Assembly (NCBI GenBank): GCA_045628045.1
Contig: JAZQOV010000011.1
Location: forward strand, 4,912 to 68,911
Reading direction: 5' to 3'
Length of the DNA: 64,000 nt
DNA from: Bacilli bacterium
Lineage (GTDB): Bacteria > Bacillota_I > Bacilli_A > RFN20 > CAG-826
A program made the position numbers and the translations under genes. The notes below the pieces were generated by a model. That model made no database searches, was not told where the DNA came from, and saw only the letters and a list, made by a program, of their open reading frames with translations. Position 1 is the first letter of the stretch. The number at the start of each line of letters is the position of its first letter. Positions 38,557 through 48,330 of the stretch are shown one piece after another.

Positions 38557-41500
38557 ATGAAAAAATTATTACAATTATTACTTGCGCTTACTATGGCAAG
38601 ACCAGCTGCATATGCTGAGAAAAATAAGACATTCAATTATGTTAGTTTTGGTGATTCCCAAACTGCCGGCTTAGGCTTACATGGTTGCGTTCCAGAATGG
38701 TTCTATGAAGATCCTTCGTATTATTGGACAGGAACAAACCCAATCACTGGAGAAAAAATAAAGAGTGGTTACTTCGCATCGGGATATTATTTCCAATCAG
38801 AAGATAGCTATCCAAGATTAATTGAAAAGGCATTACAAAGAGAATACAAAAATGTAAACTTCAAACCTGCCGCAATTAATGCATTTAGAGCCGAAACTCT
38901 TAAACATCTTCTTTACGGCGAACCAATGACTCATGTCTATGATCAATTTATGGCATCTGACTATATTAGTGGTTCTGAAGCAGAAAGACATGAAACTTAC
39001 ACAATTAATGGTAAGGTTTATACTTACGATAAGGCAAAAACAAGCGTAAGTGCTGAAATGATTAGCGCAGTCGAAAATGCTGATTTAATCACATACGATT
39101 TAGGCGCAAACGATTTCGGTGGATTCTTTATGTTTGGATCTTTTGCTTCTTACCTTGAAAAATACGGAATTAAAGTCACAGATTTATATGAACTTATTCC
39201 AGCCGAATATGCTGATATTTATTATTCAACAAAAGGCTATATTTTAAATATGATTCTTGAATCTGCTGGAGAAGCTATTCCTGCAGAATTACTTTCATCA
39301 CTTACATCATATGTTGATATGTTTGTTTATTCATTAGTGTCATTCATAGTTAACTTTGATGCCACTATGGAAAGAATTTATACATTAAACCCAGATGTTG
39401 AAGTTGTCGTTATGTCAATTCAAAACATCTATAAAGATGCACAAGCAGCAATGGGTGATATGGTTCTCCCACTCGGTGACATCATAGGTGTATTAATGAC
39501 TATTGCTAATGCATATACATCATTCTTCTCACCATATGCTAATAAGTATTATTATGTTGATTTTGGTAATGAACACGTTCACGATCATATCGATGAACTC
39601 GAAACATGGTCATCACAAAGATCATTCTTAAATACTTCACTTACACGTTATGCTGAATTAGAAAGATTAATGGGTTATGGTGAAATTATTGATTCATTCA
39701 ATGTTTACTCAGAACTCTTAGTTGAATATACTCTTAAGAACGAAATTGCAGCAAGAGAAAACGTTATCGTCGGTGGAAGACAACTTACATTTGACGAAAT
39801 CGTCAATTCAAATTCCTATGCTTTAAGAAGCATTAAGAATAGAATTCAAAAAGAATTAGCTGTTAAAACAAAACTTTCTTATTATGCTCATGCTAGAGCA
39901 TTTGTATGTTCATTTGAAAACAAGACCATGGCCATGGAAGCCACATGGGGCGATCCAGCACTTGATCAAATCAGTGTTATCGCAAAAGAATATCAAGATA
40001 AATTTAATCCAAATCTTAGCGAAGAAGCTAATATCTTAAATGTTATTAATGATCTTGATAAAGCAATTACTGCTGAATATTCAGGAGCAGAGAACGCTGA
40101 TAAACAAGCTGCATTATTTGCACAATTATTAGGTACTGGTTATGCTTATGCATTTATGTGCCACAGATCTGTTGAAGGTCATAAAGAATGTGCAGAAAGA
40201 GTACTTGCAGCATTCCACGCAAAGAATAATAAGAGAACAACTGGTAAAGAAGGCTTACTCGCTGCATTACCATCAATCTTATTTAACTTTAATAAAGAAA
40301 AGAGCTATCAAACTGTAGCTCAAGTAGTTGCAGCAATTACCCCATTTATCGTTGGTGGTAAGATCAATGAAGGCTATATCGTTTCAACACTTGATGAACT
40401 TCTTGCCTTTATCGATAACGCTGAACAATACGTTACAGAAAACGAAGAAGCTGTTGTAAATGTTAAGACAGCAATTGATAGCTTAGTTGAACAACTTGGT
40501 TTAACTGAACAATTTGCAGAATTACTTGCAAGCAATCCATTATTAAAAGAATTCTACGAAAATACTGAAGAAATGCTCATCAAGACATTCGGTGATGCAA
40601 GACTCGCATTAAAGATTGTCGAATTTGTTGAAATACTCAGAAATACATTCGTTGGAAGAGATATTGCTGTTGCAGTTTCATATGCAGTTGGCGAAGTCTT
40701 AAAAGATCTCGGCATTGCATTAGCTGAAATTGTTAAGGTTGCAGAAGGCATTGGCGAAAAAGTTCATGAAGCAATTATGAACACTCCAAGTGCTATCTCA
40801 TATGCTATTAAAGCAATTGAAGAAGCTCTTGGCGTTGTCGCTGATAAAGTAATGGCAGCTCTTGACTATGCTGGCCACGTTGCTGGTGAAGTTAAAGATA
40901 AAGCAATTGAAGTTTCAATCGAAGCACTTCATGCAATTGATAAGGCATTTGATTGGACAGGTGATCAACTTAAGAATTTAGTTGAATTCATTGCTAAAAC
41001 ATTTGTTAAAACTGTAAATGCTACTGAAGAAGCTGCTAAAAATGCTGCTGTTGCAACATATAACGCAGTTAAATATGTAGCAGAAGAAGTTGGTAATTCA
41101 GTTGACTTTGTCTTAGGAGAATTATCAGAGATTCCAGGAATCATTGGCGAAGCTATAGGCGATGCCCGTGCATTTACTGAATCAGTCTTATCATGGGCAG
41201 GTAAACAAGTTAGCAAGGCATTCTCTGCTGTTGTTGATGTCCTTGATAGTATTCCAGGCGCAGTTAAAGAAGGTGCAGAATTTGTTGCCTCAGTAATTGC
41301 TGATCTTATTGGAAAAGCAAAAGATGCTATCGGTGATGTTGTCAGTTTCGAAAAAGAAGTTGCTGAAAAAATCTATAATGCTGGTAAATCAGCTGTAGAA
41401 TATGTTGTCGATGAAGTTTCTAAGGCAATTCCAGAAGTTGTTGAATTTGTCGAAGATGCAGCAAAATTCGTTTCTGACGGAGTTAAAGCATATGTTAATT

Positions 41501-42129
41501 TTGTAAGAGAAACCATTGCTTCAATTCCAGGTGCTATCCGTGATGCAGTTGATAATATTGGCGAAGTTGCAAGTAAGATCTTCAACTCATTATCTGATTT
41601 CTCAAAAGAAGCAATTACCACAGTTATTAATGTAGCTGGTGAAATCGCTGGTAATGTTGAAGATGCAGTTAAAGCAGGAGCTTCATTTATTGCTGATGCA
41701 GTTTCAGAAATTGCTGGTAATGTTGGCGACTTCATTGGAAGCGTTATTGAATTCTTTACAGGAAATAGAAGAGTTACAAGAGGTGCTCCAGTACCACAAG
41801 AATATCATGGTATTGAAGCTCTTGAAGAATTCGTTGCAAAGATTCAAGAAACATTAGCAAAAGCTGAAGATGTCAGCCTTGAAACTGTTGCTGTGCTTCT
41901 TGGTTATGTTACCAAAGTTATTCCGGCAGCAATTCAAGAAGTCTATACAATGGCTGTTAAAGGAGTTAATGAATTTGTCATTGCTTCTTATGAAAAACTT
42001 GCAAGCACTGTAATGAGCGAAGTTTGTGGCTTTGTTAGTTCAGTTGCTCCAGTTGCAATGAGCGTCTACTCAGACCTCTTAGCAGCATTATCAAGTGCAT
42101 TCATTGCATGGGCTCCATTATTCAAATAA
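38557..42129 (+). CDS. Secreted SGNH/GDSL-family hydrolase (lipase/esterase-like) fused to about 800-aa Ala/Val/Glu-rich amphipathic repeat region
   Basis: Signal MKKLLQLLLALTMARPAAYA. Block I YVSFGDSQTAG. Block III DLGANDFGGF. A DxxH-like HDHID. C-terminal repeated (A/V)xxAxxEVxxxA heptad-like segments. Confidence 0.75.
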   Translation: MKKLLQLLLALTMARPAAYAEKNKTFNYVSFGDSQTAGLGLHGCVPEWFYEDPSYYWTGTNPITGEKIKSGYFASGYYFQSEDSYPRLIEKALQREYKNVNFKPAAINAFRAETLKHLLYGEPMTHVYDQFMASDYISGSEAERHETYTINGKVYTYDKAKTSVSAEMISAVENADLITYDLGANDFGGFFMFGSFASYLEKYGIKVTDLYELIPAEYADIYYSTKGYILNMILESAGEAIPAELLSSLTSYVDMFVYSLVSFIVNFDATMERIYTLNPDVEVVVMSIQNIYKDAQAAMGDMVLPLGDIIGVLMTIANAYTSFFSPYANKYYYVDFGNEHVHDHIDELETWSSQRSFLNTSLTRYAELERLMGYGEIIDSFNVYSELLVEYTLKNEIAARENVIVGGRQLTFDEIVNSNSYALRSIKNRIQKELAVKTKLSYYAHARAFVCSFENKTMAMEATWGDPALDQISVIAKEYQDKFNPNLSEEANILNVINDLDKAITAEYSGAENADKQAALFAQLLGTGYAYAFMCHRSVEGHKECAERVLAAFHAKNNKRTTGKEGLLAALPSILFNFNKEKSYQTVAQVVAAITPFIVGGKINEGYIVSTLDELLAFIDNAEQYVTENEEAVVNVKTAIDSLVEQLGLTEQFAELLASNPLLKEFYENTEEMLIKTFGDARLALKIVEFVEILRNTFVGRDIAVAVSYAVGEVLKDLGIALAEIVKVAEGIGEKVHEAIMNTPSAISYAIKAIEEALGVVADKVMAALDYAGHVAGEVKDKAIEVSIEALHAIDKAFDWTGDQLKNLVEFIAKTFVKTVNATEEAAKNAAVATYNAVKYVAEEVGNSVDFVLGELSEIPGIIGEAIGDARAFTESVLSWAGKQVSKAFSAVVDVLDSIPGAVKEGAEFVASVIADLIGKAKDAIGDVVSFEKEVAEKIYNAGKSAVEYVVDEVSKAIPEVVEFVEDAAKFVSDGVKAYVNFVRETIASIPGAIRDAVDNIGEVASKIFNSLSDFSKEAITTVINVAGEIAGNVEDAVKAGASFIADAVSEIAGNVGDFIGSVIEFFTGNRRVTRGAPVPQEYHGIEALEEFVAKIQETLAKAEDVSLETVAVLLGYVTKVIPAAIQEVYTMAVKGVNEFVIASYEKLASTVMSEVCGFVSSVAPVAMSVYSDLLAALSSAFIAWAPLFK

Positions 42130-42152
42130 TTTGAGTAATTAAACAAATACAA

Positions 42153-42185
42153 AACCAGATCGTTTCTAGCGGTCTGGTTTTTATT
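42153..42185 (+). terminator. Rho-independent terminator
   Basis: AACCAGATCG-uuucua-GCGGTCTGGTT followed by TTTTTATTTT. Confidence 0.7.
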
Positions 42186-42190
42186 TTGCT

Positions 42191-42264
42191 TAATTGAGAG
42201 TTCTTTACTTTTCTTATATTAATATAAAAAAAGCTTTTAGGCTTATTTAGGCTCTCAATTAAGA
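42191..42264. repeat. Perfect 12-bp inverted repeat CTTAATTGAGAG / CTCTCAATTAAG separated by 50 nt
   Basis: Seen directly. It lies between convergent genes. Confidence 0.6.
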
Positions 42265-42288
42265 AAGAATGTAAACTTAACCGTCACA

Positions 42289-42314
42289 ATAAGAAAAAGG
42301 CCTCTATGGGCCTT
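42289..42314 (-). terminator. Rho-independent terminator for the minus-strand gene
   Basis: Minus strand: AAGGCC-catagag-GGCCTT followed by TTTTTCTT. Confidence 0.7.
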
Positions 42315-42348
42315 AAAACATATTTATAAATAATTTTATTATTAATTC

Positions 42349-43239
42349 TTATTTAGATTTAGCACGATTAAGTAGTTTTGCTATTAATAATGAAGATAAA
42401 TATAGTTCTAATGAAACAAGTGTTGTAATAGCGAGTGTTTCTATTGTTCCTATCTTATCTAGGCTTATATGAAGAAGCATCTTATTAATTACATAGCCAA
42501 TTCCTAATCCTAATAAAGAGAATATGATTATTATTAATAATGCTTTACGAGTTCTTGGCTTTTTATCTTTTATTAAATAAAGTTTTAACGAGAATGCTTC
42601 TGCCGCTACAAGGATGATAGCGGTAATCCAATATAATAAATAAAATTTATTCCCGCCTACGTACTCGTACGAGCCCACAAGTGCGCTACAAGATCCAAGA
42701 AGTGGGATTATAAACGACAAGATTGTTGGTAAGGAGAATTTTGAATTCTTTTTAACGGAAATCATATGCTCTTTATCAAGTACAAGAAGTGGGAAGTTTA
42801 ATTCCACATCTGCGAGTTTGTTTATATCTAATTTAAATGACTCTAATTTATCAAAAGAAACATAAAGAGGATTATATTTATTTACGATTTTAATTAGAGT
42901 CTTTATTTTCTCAATTTGTTGAGCCTCTGATAATTTATTATCAGTTTTTAACATTACAAGTTCATTTAAAATCTTCTTTCCTTGATTTTCATTAAAGGAA
43001 TTTTGTGCAAAATTTGCCATGAAAAAACCAACTTTATTCATGTTAATTTTTATTTGCACAACATCATTAATTTCATTCTTGTTTGAGTCAATTATTTTTA
43101 GACCCATAACCTTATTTTTCGCATATGATTTATTTAGCGAAGAAATGAAGTCTTTATCTCTAATAACGACAATGTTATTTTCAAAACTAAATTTGCGACT
43201 TGAATCGGAAATTTGGAATGTGATTTGATTTTTTTCCAT
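42349..43239 (-). CDS. Membrane protein: cytoplasmic N-domain (about 150 aa) + 4 C-terminal TM helices
   Basis: ORF with LPTILSFIIPLLGSCSALVG, LLYWITAIILVAAEAF, ALLIIIIFSLLGLGIGYV, TLAITTLVSLELYLSSLLIA. The start is uncertain because there is no RBS. Confidence 0.45.
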   Translation of the reverse strand: MEKNQITFQISDSSRKFSFENNIVVIRDKDFISSLNKSYAKNKVMGLKIIDSNKNEINDVVQIKINMNKVGFFMANFAQNSFNENQGKKILNELVMLKTDNKLSEAQQIEKIKTLIKIVNKYNPLYVSFDKLESFKLDINKLADVELNFPLLVLDKEHMISVKKNSKFSLPTILSFIIPLLGSCSALVGSYEYVGGNKFYLLYWITAIILVAAEAFSLKLYLIKDKKPRTRKALLIIIIFSLLGLGIGYVINKMLLHISLDKIGTIETLAITTLVSLELYLSSLLIAKLLNRAKSK

Positions 43240-43504
43240 AACGATATTTTAGATTATTATCAGTTATCTTTCTATACAAAAATTTTTAAAGTTATCCGCG
43301 AAATTACCATTATTTTCGGTATAAAACGCTCATTTTTTAAACTCAAATTGAACTTTTTTGACCACAAAATATTATTTTGATTGTTATTTAGAAGACACTT
43401 AATATAAAATATTAGAGAAGTAAGATTTAGTTCATTTATTTAAATTTGTAAAAAATGGTTGTCTATTTTATAAGACAAACTACATCTTAAGGAAGGATAT
43501 CATT

Positions 43505-46321
43505 ATGAAAAAAAGTATCTCTGGAATCTTGTTAGCATCCGTTATGTCACTCGGCTTTTTAGCTGCACCTAGTACAGTTAAGGAATCAGGAAGTGCAGAG
43601 GAAGAAACAGCCATTACTTTACGCGCGAAGGCAAAAGAGGAAAGAAATTGTTTTATTTCCACTTTAGTTGAAAACATTACATCTGGGAAAACATATACCT
43701 TTAAAATTGATGGAAAGGATGTCGGTCGTTTTAGACTAACCAAATATAAAAAAGGCTGGGCAATTTCTAAGGGAACAATGTTTGTCGGCATTCAAAATAA
43801 GAGAATTGTCTACAAATTAACCCCAACTGAATGGAATTATGAAGATGGTGCATTTAGCCTCCCAGTAAAAAAAGTAAATTTTGGTTTTATCCATATTGAT
43901 ACTTCCGAACAACCAACCCAATACATTAAATCATTTAAAGTTGGTGCAAGATTAACCACCGAAAAAACTAACGTTGAAATTTATAACGTTATTCACACTG
44001 CGCACGCAATGACCGACTGGATTGATTGCGAAGATGGTGTACACCACAAGAAAGTTTGTTTAAATGAATGTGGTTACGAAGAAATTGGCGTTCATAACTT
44101 TGGTGAATTTAATAGTTCGCTTTATTGTCTTGATTGTGGCGCTATTAATCCAGGTGATCCTGAAGTTAATATTTCTGCTGCATTTAGAGAAGTAGAAACA
44201 GTCAATTATTTGAACATTCTTGTTGGAAAACCATTTAAATACACTACATATTATGCAGACGTTGATGTTTCATATAATAACGTTGGTATTTCCAAAGTTG
44301 AATTAAGAATGAATGAACAAGGCGACTTTGTCGAAGGATATAGTTGCTCACTAAATTCAAGAATCAAAACTCTTGAAGTTAGAGTTACCGATACACGCAA
44401 CAATGTTTACAACGAAGTATTCAAAAACCTCATTGTTTCATTTGATTTACAAGGTAAAGCATCAAAAATCGCTCCTATTACACATGTGGGCGAAGGCGAT
44501 AAAATCGCTGCTCCAGAAAGACCAGCTCCAACAAAAGATGAAATCTTTGCTGGCTGGTACAAAGAAGCAGAATGCGAAAATCCTTGGGATTTCGAAGTTG
44601 ATACTGTCGAAGATGATACAGTTTTATATGCTAAGTACGTTAAAGGAAATACCCTTTCAAGTGTTTTAAGCTTAAGCTATGACATCTTCCCATACGCAAC
44701 AAGCGCAACCCCAGTTCCAACAAAATCTTGGGTCAATGGCAAAGGCATTAGAGCATACATTTCAGGTGAAAACCTTGTTCTTTTAAACGGCACGAAGAAA
44801 TTAACACTTCCTCTTGCAACCGAAATGTCTATTAACGAAAACAATGAATACATCATTCAAGAAGGATCTGTTACTTGGAAATTCAACCTTCTTAGATACT
44901 TTGGATTTGATTATTTAGGATATTTTGAAATCGAAGGTTCAGAAGGCTTTGATGGTGCTTATGGTAAAACAAGTTCAAGACTTACAACAGTTATTGCAAA
45001 TGCAACAGGTATGGGTGGTTTCCCAGTTGGTGAAGCTCGTCCAGTAAATGCTTGGTCCAATGAAAAAGGAAATCGTTTATATGTAGATTCTGCTACTGGT
45101 GCAATTACAATTGAAAGCCCTAATAAAGAAGCAATTGTTCTTGAAAACAATGTTCCTGTTAATGTTTTTGATAACTATGTTATCAGAGATGAAGAAAATA
45201 ACATTAAGTTAATGCTTAACACTGAAAATGGTAAATTAACTTCTATTGAAGTTGTTACACTTGGATCATCTGAGGAAACTTCCGATTTCGGAACATTCAT
45301 TCCAGCATATGATTTAGGTAGCCTTTTAGGTACCACATTCCCAGTTACAGATATTAACAAAGCTCCACTTGATGCTTGGTTAAATGGTAATGGCGGAAAA
45401 GCATATATTGATGCAAATGGTAATTTTGCTATTGCAGATAACAACGGAATTGTTTACTCAGATTCCTTAGAAAAACCATACGTTTACAAAGATGGTTACT
45501 ATGTAAATGTCGGTGCTACTGAAGAAAATTATGTTAAAGTTGGTTATGTGGATGATGTTGTAACCTCAATTATTGTTAATGGTAGCTTTGGTAGCGGTGC
45601 AAATGGCACTTACACAGCTTTAGGAATTACTGTTTCATCTGTATTAGACACACTTAAAGTAATCTTCCCATATTTCAATGGAAATGGTGAAGTTTGGAGC
45701 AGTGCTTCTGGCGCAACAGTTTATTATGATGAAGATGCAAAAGCTATCGTTTTCAACACATTCTCACTTGCAGATACAACTGCATGTATTAGAGATGGTG
45801 AAAACTATGTTTGCACATATAAGAAAGGCTATGACAGCGCAAAGGTTACCTTTGTTATGGATAATGGAACATTAACATCAATTGTTGTTTCAGATGCTTC
45901 CCTTATGATTAGACGTGCAAATGGTGAATACGTTCCAACATCATTTATTGAAACTGTTAAAGATGTATTAGATTGCTCTAGTAGAGCATTCCCAGTTAGA
46001 TCAGCTGAAAATAATAACAATTCTTCAGCAATTCCAGAAGAAGCTTGGGAAAATGAAAATGGCATTAAGTGCTTCATTCAAAATGGCGAAGATACTCAAT
46101 CATTAGTCTTCTGTGAAGTCTTAGACGTCAAAGGCTACAAGATTGAAAAGAAAATCACTATCGACAATATTCTTGATAATATTGATCAAGCTGAAGGTGA
46201 TTATGTCTATCAATATTTCACATTTAAGATGACAAGAGGTGTCCTCTCAAGTATTGAAGTTAACTATCCACAAGGTAGCTTATATATTTCATTCAACGGT
46301 TCATATCAACCAGTTCTTTAA
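43505..46321 (+). CDS. Large secreted protein (938 aa) with signal peptide and a Flg_new-like segment
   Basis: RBS AAGGAAGG. Signal MKKSISGILLASVMSLGFLAAPSTV. ...FAGWYKEAECENPWDFEVDTVEDDTVLYAKY. The palindrome TTGTCTATTTTATAAGACAA sits just upstream, near the -10. Confidence 0.6.
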   Translation: MKKSISGILLASVMSLGFLAAPSTVKESGSAEEETAITLRAKAKEERNCFISTLVENITSGKTYTFKIDGKDVGRFRLTKYKKGWAISKGTMFVGIQNKRIVYKLTPTEWNYEDGAFSLPVKKVNFGFIHIDTSEQPTQYIKSFKVGARLTTEKTNVEIYNVIHTAHAMTDWIDCEDGVHHKKVCLNECGYEEIGVHNFGEFNSSLYCLDCGAINPGDPEVNISAAFREVETVNYLNILVGKPFKYTTYYADVDVSYNNVGISKVELRMNEQGDFVEGYSCSLNSRIKTLEVRVTDTRNNVYNEVFKNLIVSFDLQGKASKIAPITHVGEGDKIAAPERPAPTKDEIFAGWYKEAECENPWDFEVDTVEDDTVLYAKYVKGNTLSSVLSLSYDIFPYATSATPVPTKSWVNGKGIRAYISGENLVLLNGTKKLTLPLATEMSINENNEYIIQEGSVTWKFNLLRYFGFDYLGYFEIEGSEGFDGAYGKTSSRLTTVIANATGMGGFPVGEARPVNAWSNEKGNRLYVDSATGAITIESPNKEAIVLENNVPVNVFDNYVIRDEENNIKLMLNTENGKLTSIEVVTLGSSEETSDFGTFIPAYDLGSLLGTTFPVTDINKAPLDAWLNGNGGKAYIDANGNFAIADNNGIVYSDSLEKPYVYKDGYYVNVGATEENYVKVGYVDDVVTSIIVNGSFGSGANGTYTALGITVSSVLDTLKVIFPYFNGNGEVWSSASGATVYYDEDAKAIVFNTFSLADTTACIRDGENYVCTYKKGYDSAKVTFVMDNGTLTSIVVSDASLMIRRANGEYVPTSFIETVKDVLDCSSRAFPVRSAENNNNSSAIPEEAWENENGIKCFIQNGEDTQSLVFCEVLDVKGYKIEKKITIDNILDNIDQAEGDYVYQYFTFKMTRGVLSSIEVNYPQGSLYISFNGSYQPVL

Positions 46322-46333
46322 TAAAAAATAACA

Positions 46334-48325
46334 ATGATTAACTTTGTTAAAGCGATAAAAATAATATGCGCTACTTTTAGCGCACTTACATCAATGTTTG
46401 GCATTAAGCCAAATCATGATAAAAAATACACCTATGTTTCTTTAGGTGATTCCATGTCTACTGGTTTTGGCTTTGATGACTATTATATTGACGACGAAAT
46501 CATTCCGGTTGAATCAATGGAACATTATAGACCAGAAGACGGTCATAAAAATGTTCATGGATTTTTAAGAGAGGCCAAAGAAGCTTATCCAACCTTAGTT
46601 CATTCTTATCTAAAAGATAAATATGGAGAAGAGAATGTTGAGCATATTCAATTAGCGGTTAACGTTACAAGAATTGATGATATTTATTATCATCTTAACA
46701 AAGACGCAAAAACTGACGAATTTTATCAAGCCCTTTTTGAAGATAATGGTCATGGTGATCAATGGAATGATGTTTTTGCTAATAGAGCAAGACAATTTGG
46801 TTACACTACAAATGAAGATAACAACGAAGCTGTAGTTGAAACATACGTAAATTCTATAAAGAAAGCCGATTTAATAACTTTAAATGCTGGATTTAATAAC
46901 TTTGGTTGTTTCTTTAGCGGAAAATTAGGCGACATTATTGAAGGTTTGCCTATTGCCGAAAGCTTTGGAGGTCACGACACTCTCCAAGGATTCTTAGATA
47001 GAACTGGTGTTGATCTTAATATTGGCGAAGTTTATGAGCAAATAAATGATATTTTTCATAGTTACACTGGACTTGATTTAACTTCGTATGAAAAGGTCAA
47101 AGTTGGTGGCTATAACATTAATGTTAAATATTTATTAGAACTCATTGTTACTGCCTTTGCTTCATATTGTTATTATATGAATGAGACCACTAAATTAATT
47201 TATGAATTAAATCCAGATGTTGAATTAGTGGTAATTGGATTATTTAATATCCTAAAGGGTATTAAACTTTCTGTTAATGATATAACAATTGATGTTGGTG
47301 AAATCACTAGCAAGATTTTTGAACTTGTTAATTTACATACAGCCTTAGGAACAGAATGTTCAAATAAATACAAATTCGTGGATTCTACAGATTTAAACGT
47401 TGGTATTCATGCTGAAGATATTGCTAATGGCACAATGGACGAAGAACAAGTAAGACGTGCATACATTGGCTTATACACAATGGCTAAAGAAGTTGGTGTT
47501 GATATTCCAACATTTACTATAGTAAAAGACCAAATTAATGGAGCCATGATTAATTTAGGCAATCTTGATTTTGATATCTCTGAATATATTGTTGATGAAG
47601 ATGAAAATCCATTAACTGATGCTGAGGCTTATGAGACTAAGTGGTTAGCATCATCCTTGGTGTTTGGTGAAGAGAATGCTAACAGCATTAATAGCGTGCT
47701 TAACGAGTATTATGGCGTCATTGATTCACTCTTTAATGTTCTAAAACGCGCCACAAACTCAAAAACAGTCACTTTAGAAGCTCTTTCTAGTTTAGGTGAA
47801 AGTATTTCTGTTGAACAAATTAATAATGGCGATTTTGATGGTTTAATTAATATTTATGTTCGCATTGTTATCAACAATGGAATGTGGAGTCATCCTAACG
47901 AAGAAGGGCACATTGAAATTTCAAAAGCAGTTATTGAAACACTTGAAAGTCATAAAACTGCAAAAGAAGTTGGAGAAGAAAGAATTAGAAACATTCTCAC
48001 TAACATTACTTCTGAAATAGATTCGCTAGTGGATGAGTTAAAAACTCAAATTGGAATTGAGACAAAAACACTTCTTGTAAAGTTTATTGGAGAAAAAGGT
48101 TATGAAAAAGTAATTGAAGTCTCCACAAAAGTTTATAAACTCATTAAAGAATGCATTAGAATTTTGAATTTTATAGATCAATTTTTATCTTTGATAAAAG
48201 AATACAATCCTATTCTTTATAAATTCATCGAAAATTTTAATGGTAATTTGCAAAAATATTTGGTTAATCCATTTATTAAGAAGATTTTATCTTCAAATCG
48301 TTTTTGCAATATTTTATTAGGATAA
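46334..48325 (+). CDS. SGNH/GDSL-family hydrolase, paralogue of the N-domain of 38557..42129, with helical C-terminal extension
   Basis: Block I YVSLGDSMSTG. Block III ITLNAGFNNFG. Block V MWSHPNEEGH. Weak or uncleaved signal-anchor MINFVKAIKIICATFSALTSMFG. Confidence 0.7.
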   Translation: MINFVKAIKIICATFSALTSMFGIKPNHDKKYTYVSLGDSMSTGFGFDDYYIDDEIIPVESMEHYRPEDGHKNVHGFLREAKEAYPTLVHSYLKDKYGEENVEHIQLAVNVTRIDDIYYHLNKDAKTDEFYQALFEDNGHGDQWNDVFANRARQFGYTTNEDNNEAVVETYVNSIKKADLITLNAGFNNFGCFFSGKLGDIIEGLPIAESFGGHDTLQGFLDRTGVDLNIGEVYEQINDIFHSYTGLDLTSYEKVKVGGYNINVKYLLELIVTAFASYCYYMNETTKLIYELNPDVELVVIGLFNILKGIKLSVNDITIDVGEITSKIFELVNLHTALGTECSNKYKFVDSTDLNVGIHAEDIANGTMDEEQVRRAYIGLYTMAKEVGVDIPTFTIVKDQINGAMINLGNLDFDISEYIVDEDENPLTDAEAYETKWLASSLVFGEENANSINSVLNEYYGVIDSLFNVLKRATNSKTVTLEALSSLGESISVEQINNGDFDGLINIYVRIVINNGMWSHPNEEGHIEISKAVIETLESHKTAKEVGEERIRNILTNITSEIDSLVDELKTQIGIETKTLLVKFIGEKGYEKVIEVSTKVYKLIKECIRILNFIDQFLSLIKEYNPILYKFIENFNGNLQKYLVNPFIKKILSSNRFCNILLG

Positions 48326-48330
48326 TTATT

